Origin: Chromera velia
Taxonomy: Eukaryota
Assembly (NCBI GenBank): GCA_018398765.1
Contig: JAHBMJ010000498.1
Coordinates: forward strand, 1 to 46,358
Length of the DNA: 46,358 nt
Reading direction: 5' to 3'
Under the pieces are notes generated by a model. That model made no database searches and was not told the DNA's origin. It saw only the letters and a list, made by a program, of their open reading frames with translations. The position numbers were made by a program, and so were the translations under genes. Every line of letters begins with the position of its first letter. Positions within the stretch are counted from its first letter, which is position 1. Below are positions 1 through 11,448 of the stretch, piece after piece.

Positions 1-811
1 CCTAGTCTGTGCAAGAGAAGAGAAGGAAAGGGTCAACCAATGCATAATCGACAATGGATGCCTCTTTTTTCATGTTCTTTGATTTACAGGTACAAGCACC
101 CGAAAAGCGGAAGTCTTTGCCCCACACTTCCCTTGCAGACCATTCAGGATGAGTAGGTTGCTTTCACCGCAAAGACGCACCAATTCACGGCCCATGGGGT
201 CGACTGACTGCTTGTATTCTGAATGTCGGATGAAAGAGGGAGCCGACTCGTCAGAGCCGGTAGATTCGTCCTGTTCGAACAGTTGTTCACGATTCTATTC
301 GAGACCTTCTGGACAGAGCGATGCCGTGTGAGAGTTGAGGTCCCTCAGGACTACTCTCGGCTCTCCTAGGGGGACAGAGCACAGGAAATCAGACAGGATC
401 TCTTTCGTGTCATCTTTCTTATGATTCGACTAACCCCCCAGCAAATACACCCCAAACATATGCAGTTTTCTACCCGATGAGTGGATGGCTACCCTGGCGA
501 TGCTCGGCCCTACCAGCTCAAACTCCGGTCTGAGTTCCCCCCAACGGTCCGATTTGACCAAAATGCATACGCCTTCAGACCGGATTTCTTTGTCTACACA
601 AGCGGAATGGACTTTTGTCTTTCTCCTTTCCCATTCCCTATGTGACCAATTTACTCCTTTCCAACCCCCCAGTTCTAGATCGCAGAACAGGTGTTGTGTT
701 TCAACCAGAACCACAACATCCGCATCCGTTTCAGTGAGCCATAAACGAATGTCCCCATTTCTTATCTTCCGCTGCAATCCTCCCACATTGATGTAGGCAA
801 AGCGCAGACGG
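1..811 (-). pseudogene. Apurinic/apyrimidinic-like (EEP) endonuclease domain of the LINE, interrupted by stops and a frameshift
   Basis: NVxG, xxxET, VY, DxNxH and SxxDY motifs in canonical order; TAG stops at 430-432 and 295-297. Confidence 0.85.
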
Positions 812-884
812 TCCCGTGGGTGAGACACCGTCAAGTCCTGGTAGCAAGCATTCCCTCGCTTCTTGAACTTGCCTCTTCTCACCT

Positions 885-1050
885 TCCAATACTCTCTCAC
901 GGCTTTCTGTATGATTATTCTCTCATCCTCCGACCTTTCTTTCATCAAGTCCCTTTCCTTTACCCATTCGAGACCAGAACCAGGAGAGCACCTGATTTCA
1001 AACCATCTCTCACCACCGTGTAACCTTTTATACCCTAATACAAGTAGAGG
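885..1050 (-). other. Chromo-like domain immediately upstream of the APE domain, same ORF
   Basis: LLVLGYKRLHGGERWFEIRCSPGSGLEWVKERDL...IIQKAVREYW resembles the chromo/chromoshadow three-strand-plus-helix pattern. Judged by eye. Confidence 0.5.
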
Positions 1051-1057
1051 AGGAGAA

Positions 1058-2165
1058 GAAGAAAAAGAAGAAGAAGAAGAAGAAGAAAAAGAAGAGGAGG
1101 AGGGGGAAGAGGGGGGAGAAGAAGAATCCGAAAAAGAAGAAAAAGAAGAAGAGGACGATTTGGGAGGAGCATGCGAGGTAGCAGAGCAAAAGGAAGAAGA
1201 ATCATCCAGAATATCACGATCTCTCCTTCGTTTCTTTCTCCTCCTTCTCTTGCTGCGTGGGACGAGGAGTGTCAAGGCTGGCACAAAAGAGGAAGGTCGA
1301 TAAATAGGAGGGAGATCGCCCCGCGGGGAAGAGGACTCAGAGTCAGAAAGGCGTGGCGATCTAGAAAAAGGGGACGGAAGGCCCTGTCCCCTCGAGCGAG
1401 AAAGCTCATTAGAAGACGGCGAAGGCCATGAAAGCAAAACTTCACTTGAGCTGCGATTCAGTGCAGGATTAGATCCTCCGTCGAGTCCCAGCTCACTCTC
1501 ATCATAAGCAAACAACGAGGAAGAGGAAGAAGACGAAAAATGCGAAGATGCAGAGAGAAAAGGTTCTTCGGCCATAGCAGATCCAGAAAGAGGAGAAAAA
1601 GAGGAGAGAGAAAGAGAGTTCACAGGATTTTGAACCTGCATGCATGTATTCAACGGGTCGATCAGGCCGGGATGGGGGAGAAGTCCAGCTGGATGGCTCC
1701 CCTCCTTCCCAGCACAACCTGACAAATCTCGTGCGGCCCTATTCCGTTAATCCCACCCCCCCTTCCTTCTTTCCCCCCACTGCCTGCCGCCGAGGAAGAA
1801 GAAGAAGACGAAGAAGAAGAAGAAGAAGAAGAAGAAGAAGAAGGAGAAGGAGAAGAAGAAGAAGAAGAAGAAGAAGAAGAAGAAGAAGAAAAAGAAGAAG
1901 AAGGGTCCATCCAGTGGCCTAGCCTCTCCCCCCCCTCCCCTTCCTGTCCATTGCCCACCTCGTTCCTTCCCTTGCAAGGTCCAGCGGAAGAGGAAAAAAA
2001 GAAAAGAGCAGACGAAGAAGAAGAAGAAGAAGCAGGAGCAGCAGCAGCAGCAGCAGAAAAAGAAGAAGAAGGAGGAGAAGAAGAAGAAGAAGCAGCAGCA
2101 GAAGAAGAAGAAGAAGAGGAAGAAGAAGAAGAAGACGAAGAGGAAGTGGAAGGAGAAGGGGAGGG

Positions 2166-2198
<33 letters not shown>

Positions 2199-2222
2199 AG
2201 AAGAAGAAGAAGAAGAAGAAGC
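1058..2222 (+). repeat. Three (GAA)n-rich trinucleotide tracts (~1058-1150, ~1795-1902, ~2014-2222) encoding poly-Ser linkers of the - strand LINE ORF
   Basis: Visible GAAGAAGAA arrays that read TCT/TCC (Ser) on - strand. Confidence 0.9.
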
Positions 2223-2243
2223 AAAGGGGAAAGAATTTCTAAA

Positions 2244-2357
2244 AGGATTCTGACATTTGCCCTATCTTCCCAGAGAACAGTTCCAGCAAGCCCTTTTGAG
2301 CTTAGCGCACCTACAGCGGCTGCAGGTGCTATTTACAGCACAACTACATTTGCAGCA
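2244..2357 (-). other. CXC-like cysteine cluster within the LINE ORF
   Basis: Hand translation CCKCSCAVNSTCSRCRCAKLKRACWNCSLGR*GKCQNP, with C-x-C...TC..RCxCxK...C-x2-C...CxNP spacing as in MSL2/tesmin CXC domains; TAG at 2262-2264. Confidence 0.6.
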
Positions 2358-4556
2358 CTGGGTCCCATCCTCCTTCGACTTCTTTATCCCCGAGGCGTCC
2401 GGAGGACCCGGGCCGTCACCCCCTCTTTTGTCTTTTCCTTTTTCATTTTCTCCATTCCCTTTGAAGCTTCTTCCATTACCTCCCTTTCCTTTCTCCCCTC
2501 GTCTATCCGTTCCTTTCCTCGTCTCTTCATTTCCTTTCCCTCCTGTCTTCCCCGTTGGTTAGTTCTTCCCCCCTCCCCCCACCCTAGTGAGAGAGAGAGG
2601 AAGAGGAAGTGAAAGAAAAGGAAAAGAAACATCGTATACATCTGTCACTTTCCATTCGATACCTTCTGAACTCATATGTTCTTCTTTATCCAAAGAGATG
2701 ACATTGTCAGCTACTCCGAGAGGAGAGTGGCGTGTATCGAGAGTCAATGCATCCGAGAGAGGCGAAAGTGTCCTACCTGTGTGAATGTCATGTGTGATCG
2801 CTGGAGAAGATGGCGTTCTGTCATACGTTCTTTGTCTGAAGTCTACCGAGAAGGCCTCTCTTCTATGCATGCACGAGCCGAGCTTACTGTGATCGCATAC
2901 TTCATTCCCTCCCTGCCCGCCCAGAAAGTCCTCTTCTATATGATCCCCCCCTCCAAGTTGCTGCTTCCCCTCCCTTCCCTTCAACCCCCCACCCTGACTC
3001 TTTGGAGTTCCCGTCTCCAACAAATCCGGAGGTCTTTGGCCCCACTTCTTTCCAGAAGGCCATCCGCGAGTCCCTTTCCGTGCCCCCCTGAAGTGTCTCC
3101 CTGTCAATCTCCCTCCGCCCTGCCGTGACCTGCACATAGGAGGAGGGGGGGGAAACTGTGTCTTCTCAGAAAAAGCATGAAGGGGAGCGCGATCAAAAAC
3201 CATCCCTGCCCCACTGACCGGCATCGGATAGACCGTGGTTCCCCCGGCCTATCCGTCCCCCCCTCCCCCAGTCGGTCACTGAGGTCTATGGGCTCGTCAC
3301 AGGATGTCGTCGGTCCAATGGTGTGATCATTTCCATCGGAGGTTTCAACAACACAATATGACAGAGGGAGTGCCGTTTTTTGGAAAGAGATTTGAGACCG
3401 AAAAGAAAACATCTTTACACAATTTTCAAGGAGCGCAAACCGGTTCGTAACCGAGACAGGGGAACGTTCCTTCCCTCCCCAAAATACCCCTTCGCAACGC
3501 TTTCCTACCCCCCCTTCAGTCTCTGATCTCAACTACCCCAACAGCCCAACTTCTTCCACAGCCTGGAGGATACAATTCACAGCTCGCTCTCTGCCCTCAA
3601 TTTTCTTTCTCTCACTGATTCTGTCTATTTCTTCCTCAAGAGTCTGAATCGCCACTGCTCGTTTCTCCATCTCACACACCAACACCCTTCTCCTCGTCAG
3701 CAAACGACTCAACTTCACACAACCTGCCTCATCGCCTCCGAGGGATCCGTTATGTGCCGGTACGGAGGGGGTTCGGATCTTTTCCCCCTCCCCCAACTTC
3801 TTTCAGGCCCGAGGGCCCGGAGGGCCATCACCCTCCTCTTCCCTCGGAGAATCGGGCTCCTCGAACATTTCTCCATTGGACTCATCCCCTCCTCCGAGCT
3901 TCCTCCGCCTTGCTGGAGGGGCTGATGATGCCGGTGTGTCATCTCTCTGTCGGATCTGTCCCCTTCTTGCGGGAGATGCGGGTGGGGTCTGGTGGGATCG
4001 ATCAATGTCTGCGAACGAACTGAAGAGGGGTCCGGACTCCACCGCCGTCTCCTGCCGTTCCTCTCCCCCCCCGACCGGCACCATGCCAGCTTGTTCAGAG
4101 CCCACACCCCCATTGAGGCCGAGCACGGGTTAGGAATTGGGAAAGAAATGTGGGGCAGGCAGGGGTTGGGGTCCATTCAGCATTCCGTCCGAATACCCCT
4201 GGTGGTAAGGATTCGGCGTATTCCATTAGAAGTAAAAGTTAGCTTGTTTATATATTACACTGCGCATTGTCATATGCCTGCAGAGTCTGCAATAACTCCC
4301 CGACATATCAACATACTATAACTCTTTCACCTCACTTACGTCCAACAATTTCCAACATACACACCACAAACCTATTAAACCTTATCTTTAAAAGTTGTTC
4401 ATACTTTCATACAGGTAAGAAACAATAAATAGAATCATTCTAAGTGCTTTAAAGACTTAGTTTTTTATATAAAATTTAGTGTGATATATAGAAAATTAAA
4501 AATCACTTTCTAGTATAAAAGTTTCAATTGTCAGTACAGTCAGTTAAGAGTATGAT

Positions 4557-7500
4557 GTGCTCAACTTCCGCCCCTCCCCTCACACAGCGTTTCATTTCCA
4601 GCAATCATCGAACTGTATCACATATCAGTATACGAACTGTCGGCATGATGTTGGACGGGCCATGGTAGACATAGGTACCGAGAGGGGAATGGGGAATCGT
4701 GGGAGGTTGCAGAGAGCAGGAGTTCTAGTTCGGGAACAGCCGTACTCTGCACACGTCGGCGTTGTAAAGCGTGACGGCGATGGCCGCCAAACTTCCGAGC
4801 ATGTTTGGATCAATGTCGATGGGATCGGCACTGTGATTCTGGAGGACGAGACGGGTGGGCTGTTCCACACGTATCTCTACCTCACAGATGACGATGTTCC
4901 CACGTTGGTCACATATGATGCCTGCACAGCGTTTGATAGGTCGGGCAGGATGCTGTTATACTTTGATGTGCGAGACGTCCGTGGCATTATACATTGCGTC
5001 ACTGTTGATGCACCGAATGGCCACTGCTGCTCTTATATCCCTTCCTTTCCTCTCCCTGTCAATGCGAAGAAAAGGGAAGCAGAGTTCGACCGTGAGTGGG
5101 GTGGTGGTAGGCAGGCTCTGTATGTACAGCGTGAGCTGCGTCGTTTGGACATGGAGGAGGCAAGAGTCGAGCACGATCGTCTCAGCATCCACTCGGGGGC
5201 TGAATATTTGCGTCTCACCATCGAGGAGGACGGAAAGTCCATCACAGCAGCCATGGCAGCAGAGATTACTGCCACTTGCCGGACTTGCCAGCAGAAGCAG
5301 GCAGTCAACAAGTCGTTGAAGGCAGCGATTTGGGAGAAGAGCAGGAGAAGCAAGGTGAAGGAATTCGGGGATGAGGTGTATTTGGACACGTGGTTTCCTG
5401 GGGATGAGGATGCAGAGGTTAGTGGGTTCCCGTGTGGGAATCTTTAGACAGATCTCTATACCCATAGTAAGTTCGGCACTCCGATGCATAGCCGCTGCGA
5501 TGCTGCAGATTCTCTGATGGATTGGATCGATTACTACGGTGTCGTTCGTAAGAAGATCTTCATAGAGAGGGCCCTCGAGTTGATTGGGGGTAAGTTCATC
5601 GAAACCTGCAGGTCGTTCAGCCCACCCATCCTCCCAGAAAGGGCCCCGACTGGAATCAAAGGGATTTTGGGGTTCGCTGAGAGACTTATCTGCACTCATC
5701 GGAATCAGGTCAGGGTGGCTCTAGACAGGTGTTTGGTTCCAAGTGAGGGGGGGAGATTGAGAAAGCGAATTCGCCATAGTTTTGCACACGAGATCAGCAT
5801 AGCAGTAGCCATAAAAGGAGATAAGATTGTCCATCCTACTGACAGAAAGAGTGCGTATGTTATTGAGCGGAGAACCGGGGAGAAACCAGATCGCAAGTTT
5901 GCGTTGGGGGATTGGGTTGTGATTCATCATGGTCCTAAGGACCTTTCCCTCCCAAGCAAGCTTTGTATGTTTCTCTACATTTGGTCCCCCCATGTTGCAG
6001 CACTCTTGTACTACAATGCACAGAAACACCGCATTCTGAATCAGGTTTTCAACATACACTCTTTCCTCGTGGAGCCCTTGCACGATGGTCTACTTGCGGG
6101 GTGGCGTATGGTAAAGAGAATCCTGGAGACCCTTGTGAAGGGAAGGCTTGTATCTGGGGGTGAAAATATGCTTTTACCCTCTGTTCTGCAGGTTTCTGGT
6201 CAGAACCTTCCCGCCGCCTATCCACAGGGGGCAGCCGCTGCTCAAGAGGACGGGGGAGGTGCAGCATTTCACAGGAGGCGACGACCAGGATCTAGGGGTG
6301 GAAGTCCAGGCAGAGGTTCCACAGCAGGGAGCGGGCCCTCCAGGAGATAGCCAGAGAAAGTATACAAGTTTGCTTATAGAAGCGAATGGCAGGCATCTTG
6401 TGATGATGCAGACAGGGAAAGTGTATCACAAGTCTATCTTTGCAGTATGGCTCCAGCCAGTGGGGGATGGGAGTGGGAAGTGGCGTCCAGAGGGAATAGC
6501 GCCCAATCCCATTCGGAAACAGCAAGTGCTGTGTTATTTCGATTTTGTAGACGACCCTCTGCCTACCGGGATTGAATCTCAAGTCTTCCCAGGCCCCCCT
6601 CCGATTGGTGTCGGTCCGTCCGCATAGCAGCACAGTGTTGTAAATGAGGGGGTGCCGCCAGACGTGGGAGGGGATGCACCCGCAGCCCCTTACCCTGATG
6701 GCATTCCTCCTGATGACTCCTTGACAATGTTTCGTTCCGACCTCCTCAGAAATCCTCAGCACGAGGGGGGGGCAGAACAAGGGTCAGTGTATTTGGAATC
6801 GTTAGAGGCGCTGGTAGCCTTGAATTTTAAGAAAGGCTCCACCAACATTCCAGCAAAGGAGGAAGAGGTGAGGGAGAGGAAGTTCAATGAGGCGATAAGA
6901 GATGAGTGGCTCCAGAACATCTGTGGGCAGGAGGTGTTTAGGAGGGCGGTTCTAAGGGAAGAGGCCAAGATGGTGATGGATCTCGGCTGGAGGCTCACAT
7001 GGAAGGAGAAGGAGGCAGAGAAAGGAAAGGGGAAGGAAGGAAAGAACGGAAGTCTATCTCCCAGTCACTCTCCCCCCACAGCAATAAAGAGAGTGCCAAA
7101 AGCCCCATGCTTTGGGAAGGGCTTCTGAGATAAGAGAAAGATCAATACCTTCACAGGTACCCCTGTCCCTGCTCTGATCTTAAATTTTTTTGCATGATCT
7201 GGGCACTGCGTGTGCTTTACAGATTTTTGTGGGGGATGTGAAGGAGGTGTTCCTTCAGTCTACCAACACGAATGTAGAGAGAGTCTACGCGCGCATGCCT
7301 GCATAGATGCCTCCGATCTTAGACGTGTGCCCCTATCTAGAAATAAAGCCTGAGAAGTGGGAGAGAATAAAAGGGTATGCCAGATCTCTCTTGCCTGGAC
7401 AGATTCGGGAGGTCGTTCGCAGTTTTTATGGCATGGCATTGCCTGTCTTATCCAAACCTTTTGACAACAAGTGGGTTGGGACAACGGGGCGGGCAGGGTT

Positions 7501-8558
7501 TGAGAGAATAGAGTTGGGGATTGCAGTTGATAAAGAGAAGAATGTTCTCATCAATTGGATCGATGACGTTTTTAGTCTGATTGCTTTGGGCAGGTTGAGA
7601 GGGTGATGCGACATCTGCAGGGGGAGATGGAGTTTGGAAAAATGACGAGGCTTGACATGGCTTTATACAAATTCAAGTATGTGGGAATGGACTTTGAAGG
7701 AGACAAAGGGGAGTGCAGAGTCTCAATGTCTTCGTATCTTGAGAGGGTGGACACAGACAAACTGTTCAGAGAATACAAGATCCCTTGGAGAGGAGTGGGG
7801 GGCACGTCTTCATGTAAAGAAAGGATTTTCATCTGCAGGAAGATGAGCAACCAGATCTGTCTCTGAAAGACATTTACAGCAATGTGATCGGGTGTCTGGG
7901 TTGGGGGGGACGTCTCTCTCCTTTCCATCGTATGTGGTACGATGTTCTTTCTCGCTATGGGAAGACACCGACCCACAGGCATCTCGCGATTACTGTCAGA
8001 ATCCTGCATGGAATTAAGAAAGATCCAAAAGGTCTGAATTTCTGCTGTCTGTCTCTCTCTCCTCTTCTCAAGATGGTTTTCTTCATTGATTCCTCTCATG
8101 AGAAAGATATATATGAAGGAAGGCATGCATAGATTGCTCTTCTGGTTGATCATGCCTGGAAGCCAGGAGATGAATTGTTCAACATTTTTGCATGGCGTTC
8201 GATGCGTTCGACCGTTAAGCTAGGCAGCTCCACAGCTTCAGAATTGGTTGGGTTTGAGCAGTGCCTCAAGCGTGTGCTACGACTGATTTCTTTTGGCCAG
8301 AATTTTCAGAAAGACATGCCCGTACAGTTCTTGATTGACTGTAACCCTTTGCATGATCAGTTTAGATCGGAGGTGGCAGATTCAGATACGGGGATGGAGC
8401 ATGTTCTCGACTAGTGCATTTAGAGATGCAAACAATTGTCTGTCAGCGTTGTTTGGATCCCTCGTGAGATACAGGCAGCCAATGCACTCACCAAGCCTAT
8501 TGCTTTTGGTCAATCGATCTATGATTGAAGTGTGGATCGTTTGTCTATCATGAGGGGG
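4557..8558 (+). mobile_element. Decayed Ty1/copia LTR retrotransposon pol (PR-IN-RT-RNase H); gag and 5' LTR not seen
   Basis: Protease-like MVDIG (~4662). Integrase H-x5-H...CRTC (~5172-5289), VYLDTW (~5385), GFAER (~5675). RT AIRDEW...DLGWRLTWK, RSFYG, WIDDVF, FKYVGMD. RNase H FIDSS, SSTASELVG, LIDCNPL, WIPREIQAANALTK. IN-before-RT order is copia-type. Many stops and frameshifts. Purine tract GAGGGGG at 8552-8558. Confidence 0.9.
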
Positions 8559-8780
8559 TGAGTTATGAGTTAGATTCATGACAGTCTCAGAATGGAGATG
8601 TCAGGGGTGCCAAGAATGACTGAATCTGACGTCATCCTCATAGGAACTGTATTATCAATCATATGATATAGATATCTGCAAGACACAGAAGGATCGTTGT
8701 ACCTTATCGTAATCTCAGTCTCTAAGCAGTCGTAACGACCTTGCATATGAGAGTTCGTGTATCTGATAGTCATCCAGATT
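8559..8780 (+). repeat. Putative 3' LTR of the copia element (right boundary uncertain)
   Basis: Begins TG directly after the polypurine tract. No second copy in the window to confirm it. Confidence 0.35.
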
Positions 8781-9519
8781 AACCCATATTATTTTTTATA
8801 TAAGCATCGTTAGTTTTAAGTTCAAACTTATCGTTGTTTATGAGATATGACCTTCGAAAAATGGTTTTTTTAACATAATTAGCTGCTTTAAATTCCTAGC
8901 TGCTACCAACTGCTAAATTTCTTTTTCCAAAATTTTTGAATCCAAATTTCTTTCTGGAAGTCGACGCGCGCAGGACAATTGACCACAGGGGAACTCAAAA
9001 CATAAATCCTAATCCTAAGTCTACATTCCTCTTTTAAATTAGTTTGAATGCCTTGAAATTTCTTTAAAAAATTTTTGTATTCCTCTTTAAATTCTTTTAA
9101 ATGACTGTGAATTCCAATTTCCTCCAATTAAATTCTTGAGTCTTTACAAGGTGTCACGGTGATTGAAACGATGATAATATATATGATATGAATATCTCTT
9201 ACAAGAGGAAAGCTATGTATCACAATAACTAGTATGCAGATGCATGTAGAGTTTTATCAGTATTCAACAGTTGAATTGGTCGACCGCTGCATAAACAGAC
9301 GTGTGAGTATATGTAAGGCTAACAGGGCGGCGCGGGTATGCGGAAAGCGATACACGTACGTGGAACACTACCGTGGTGGCGTGTAAGCAGACGGACGCAC
9401 GCGGAGGTTCCAATCCGAATATCTGGCTTGCGCACATGCATGCAGACTATGATACAGTTACGGTATGATGATACAGAGATCGATTGAACTAACAGCTCCT
9501 TGAGTAGAAGCGGTCTACT

Positions 9520-9582
9520 TGCTGAACTCTCAATCCACCTGTACATGAATGCTGAACTCTCAATCCACCTCTACACGAATGC
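9520..9582. repeat. 30-bp tandem duplication
   Basis: TGCTGAACTCTCAATCCACCT(G/C)TACA(T/C)GAA occurs twice in tandem. Confidence 0.8.
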
Positions 9583-9723
9583 ATCAAAGATGTAGCCTTC
9601 ATTGGTTCTAGAAGGTCACACAAGACCTTACTTTCTACTTCAACTTTCAAACTTTCCGCCCCAAACACAATGTAATCTAATATAATCCTGTAAACCTTTT
9701 TATCAATCATACCCCTACTATCA

Positions 9724-10034
9724 TAAAGCTTCAGAGCGCTTCAGAGGTAAAGGCTGAGCGTGCAGCGTGAGAGAACTGCGTGCGTCATTATTTCAATACC
9801 CCGCCTGTGCGCGCGAGATTTTCGCTTTATGAGGCATGCAATGAGTCATTTCCCGGGAGCCGGCACCACGATAAGTTTAGGTGCTTCATTTATCGTGGTG
9901 CTGGCTCCCGGGAAATGACTCATTGCATGTTTCATAAAGCGAAAATCCTGCGTGCACAGGCGGGGTACTGAAATAATGATACACGCAGTTCTCTTACACT
10001 GCACGCTTTACCTCTGAAGCGCTCTGAAGCTTTA
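9724..10034. mobile_element. Foldback/hairpin MITE-like element: ~145-150-bp inverted arms, 15-nt loop, TA on both sides
   Basis: TA-AAGCTTCAGAGCGCTTCAGAGGTAAAG...GCACCACGATAA [loop 9875-9889] TTATCGTGGTGC...CTTTACCTCTGAAGCGCTCTGAAGCTT-TA. Confidence 0.85.
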
Positions 10035-10040
10035 CAACTG

Positions 10041-10838
10041 TAGTGCTAGAAAAAGGTTTAAGGTTCAAGGTTCAAGGTTCACTTCGAAGTAATGAACCTG
10101 AATCAGGTTCAAAAACATGTTGAAAAACAGGTTTACTTTTAATTAATAGAAACCTCATTTTTTCGTATTATTTTATGCCATATCTCTGATTTCGGCTTCG
10201 GTGCATAAGACACGACCTGAGGTGTCAGAGAGAATGGGACTGCTGGAATTTTTTTCAACAAAGAGAATGAAAAAGGGTTGTACAGTGAAAGAGGTCAGAC
10301 CCATGGGTAGCCCTCTTATGGTTGAGAGTTCAAAAAAAAAGATCCGGAGACGGCAGTAGTAGAAACAAGCAGAGGGACTGCTGCCGGCATGAGTCTGAAG
10401 CAGCCCCTCCAAAAAGACATTGTCAATTACACTGTCGTGCAGACTGCTGTTAAACAAACTCTATATTTCCTCATTCCTTCAATAGAGACTGTCTGTTTTG
10501 ATGCGGGGCCTTGCAAGTGGAAAACTTGGTAAGTCACGTGTACTTCTTTACTTCTGCAACCGTCAGCATGAGTTTTCATGCTGATATATGATGCTGACAT
10601 GCGTCTGTCCGACACAATAGATTGAACCGGCTGGGGATAGTTGCTGTACGCGCGGCTCCGGCTCCTTATTTCACCTATATGGGCCGCAGGCAGCGCAGGC
10701 CTGGCCGGCCTTGTGCCAGTGGCTGCGCGTCTGGCGTCTAAAACAGGTTTAAAACAGGTTCAACAGGTTCAAAACAGGTTCAACAGGTTCACTTTTTCAG
10801 ATTTGAACCTTTTCTCAATAAACCTTTTCCCAGCCCTA
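10041..10838. mobile_element. Non-autonomous hAT-like DNA transposon remnant
   Basis: Left end TAGTGCTAGAAAAAGGTTTA versus reverse complement of right end TAGGGCTGGGAAAAGGTTTA; clustered subterminal AGGTTC/AGGTTT repeats at both ends. No clean 8-bp TSD. Confidence 0.55.
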
Positions 10839-11448
10839 ACCTGGTCCCCTAATGATATTCTTGCTTTTTTCTTTTTTACGATCCTACGTCTAGGTTTTTA
10901 TTTATGACTCACTGCCAGAACAGTATGCGGAATACAAACTTGAAAAGAGATTGTGCAGAAAAAAAAAATATTTTTAATGCTAGCCATAACGTTTTGTATG
11001 TTTCCATCTCGTTTTTCACGAAAGTCGAAAAGCACATCAACATCATAGGCTCAATTTACAAATCGAACCAGAGTCTGAGCTCAGCCTCAACTTGGCTTGT
11101 CTTACTCCGCAAGGCATTGCTGTGTACATCTTTTCCTCCCCCAAGCAGCCCCTGCTCCCATGTTGATCAATCAGAGAAGCAAGGGAAAGAAGCGCACCAG
11201 CAGCAAACAAGAGACGTTACAAAGATGGGTCCGCAATACCCCCCGCCCCTCGGTCCTCCTTTCCTCTCTCTCTTTTTTTTTTCTTTTATGCTTTCGCCTT
11301 TCCCTTTTTTCCCGAAGGAATTGCATTTGCCTAAAAAGGAGGGGCTGCCTTTTGTCATGGGGTCTACGCTTTCTTTCGCTGCTGTTCTTCCAAATACAGA
11401 GAGAGATCATTAATATTCCCTTTACCTCTGCACCTTGCTTCACGTCTC

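Larger units (their letters stand above)
1..4183 (-). mobile_element. Decayed APE-type non-LTR retrotransposon (LINE), 5' part; continues beyond the left edge of the window
   Basis: APE motifs on - strand: RLRFAYINVGG, DADVVVLVETQH, GVCILVK, FGVYL. In frame past the TAG at 430-432: VVLRDLNSH (GDxNxH-like) and LLILNG. SIVDYALV follows a frameshift near 120. Upstream ORF fragments (ATG 4183; 3533-3796 coiled-coil-like; 3104-3532 with VTNRFALL; 2559-3224; 1662-1958) fall in only two frames and link through isolated stops. Confidence 0.85.

Noticed and set aside
863..2253. Poly-Glu, poly-Arg, poly-Leu and poly-Phe ORFs
   Set aside because: Alternative frames of the (GAA)n tracts; the informative frame is poly-Ser within the - strand LINE.
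2676..3128. + strand ORF with a CPTC..C motif
   Set aside because: Antisense to the LINE ORF, with no complete zinc-finger pattern or other support.
4330..4556. Possible 5' LTR or gag of the copia element
   Set aside because: AT-rich, with no similarity to the sequence after the PPT and no PBS or CCHC knuckle seen.
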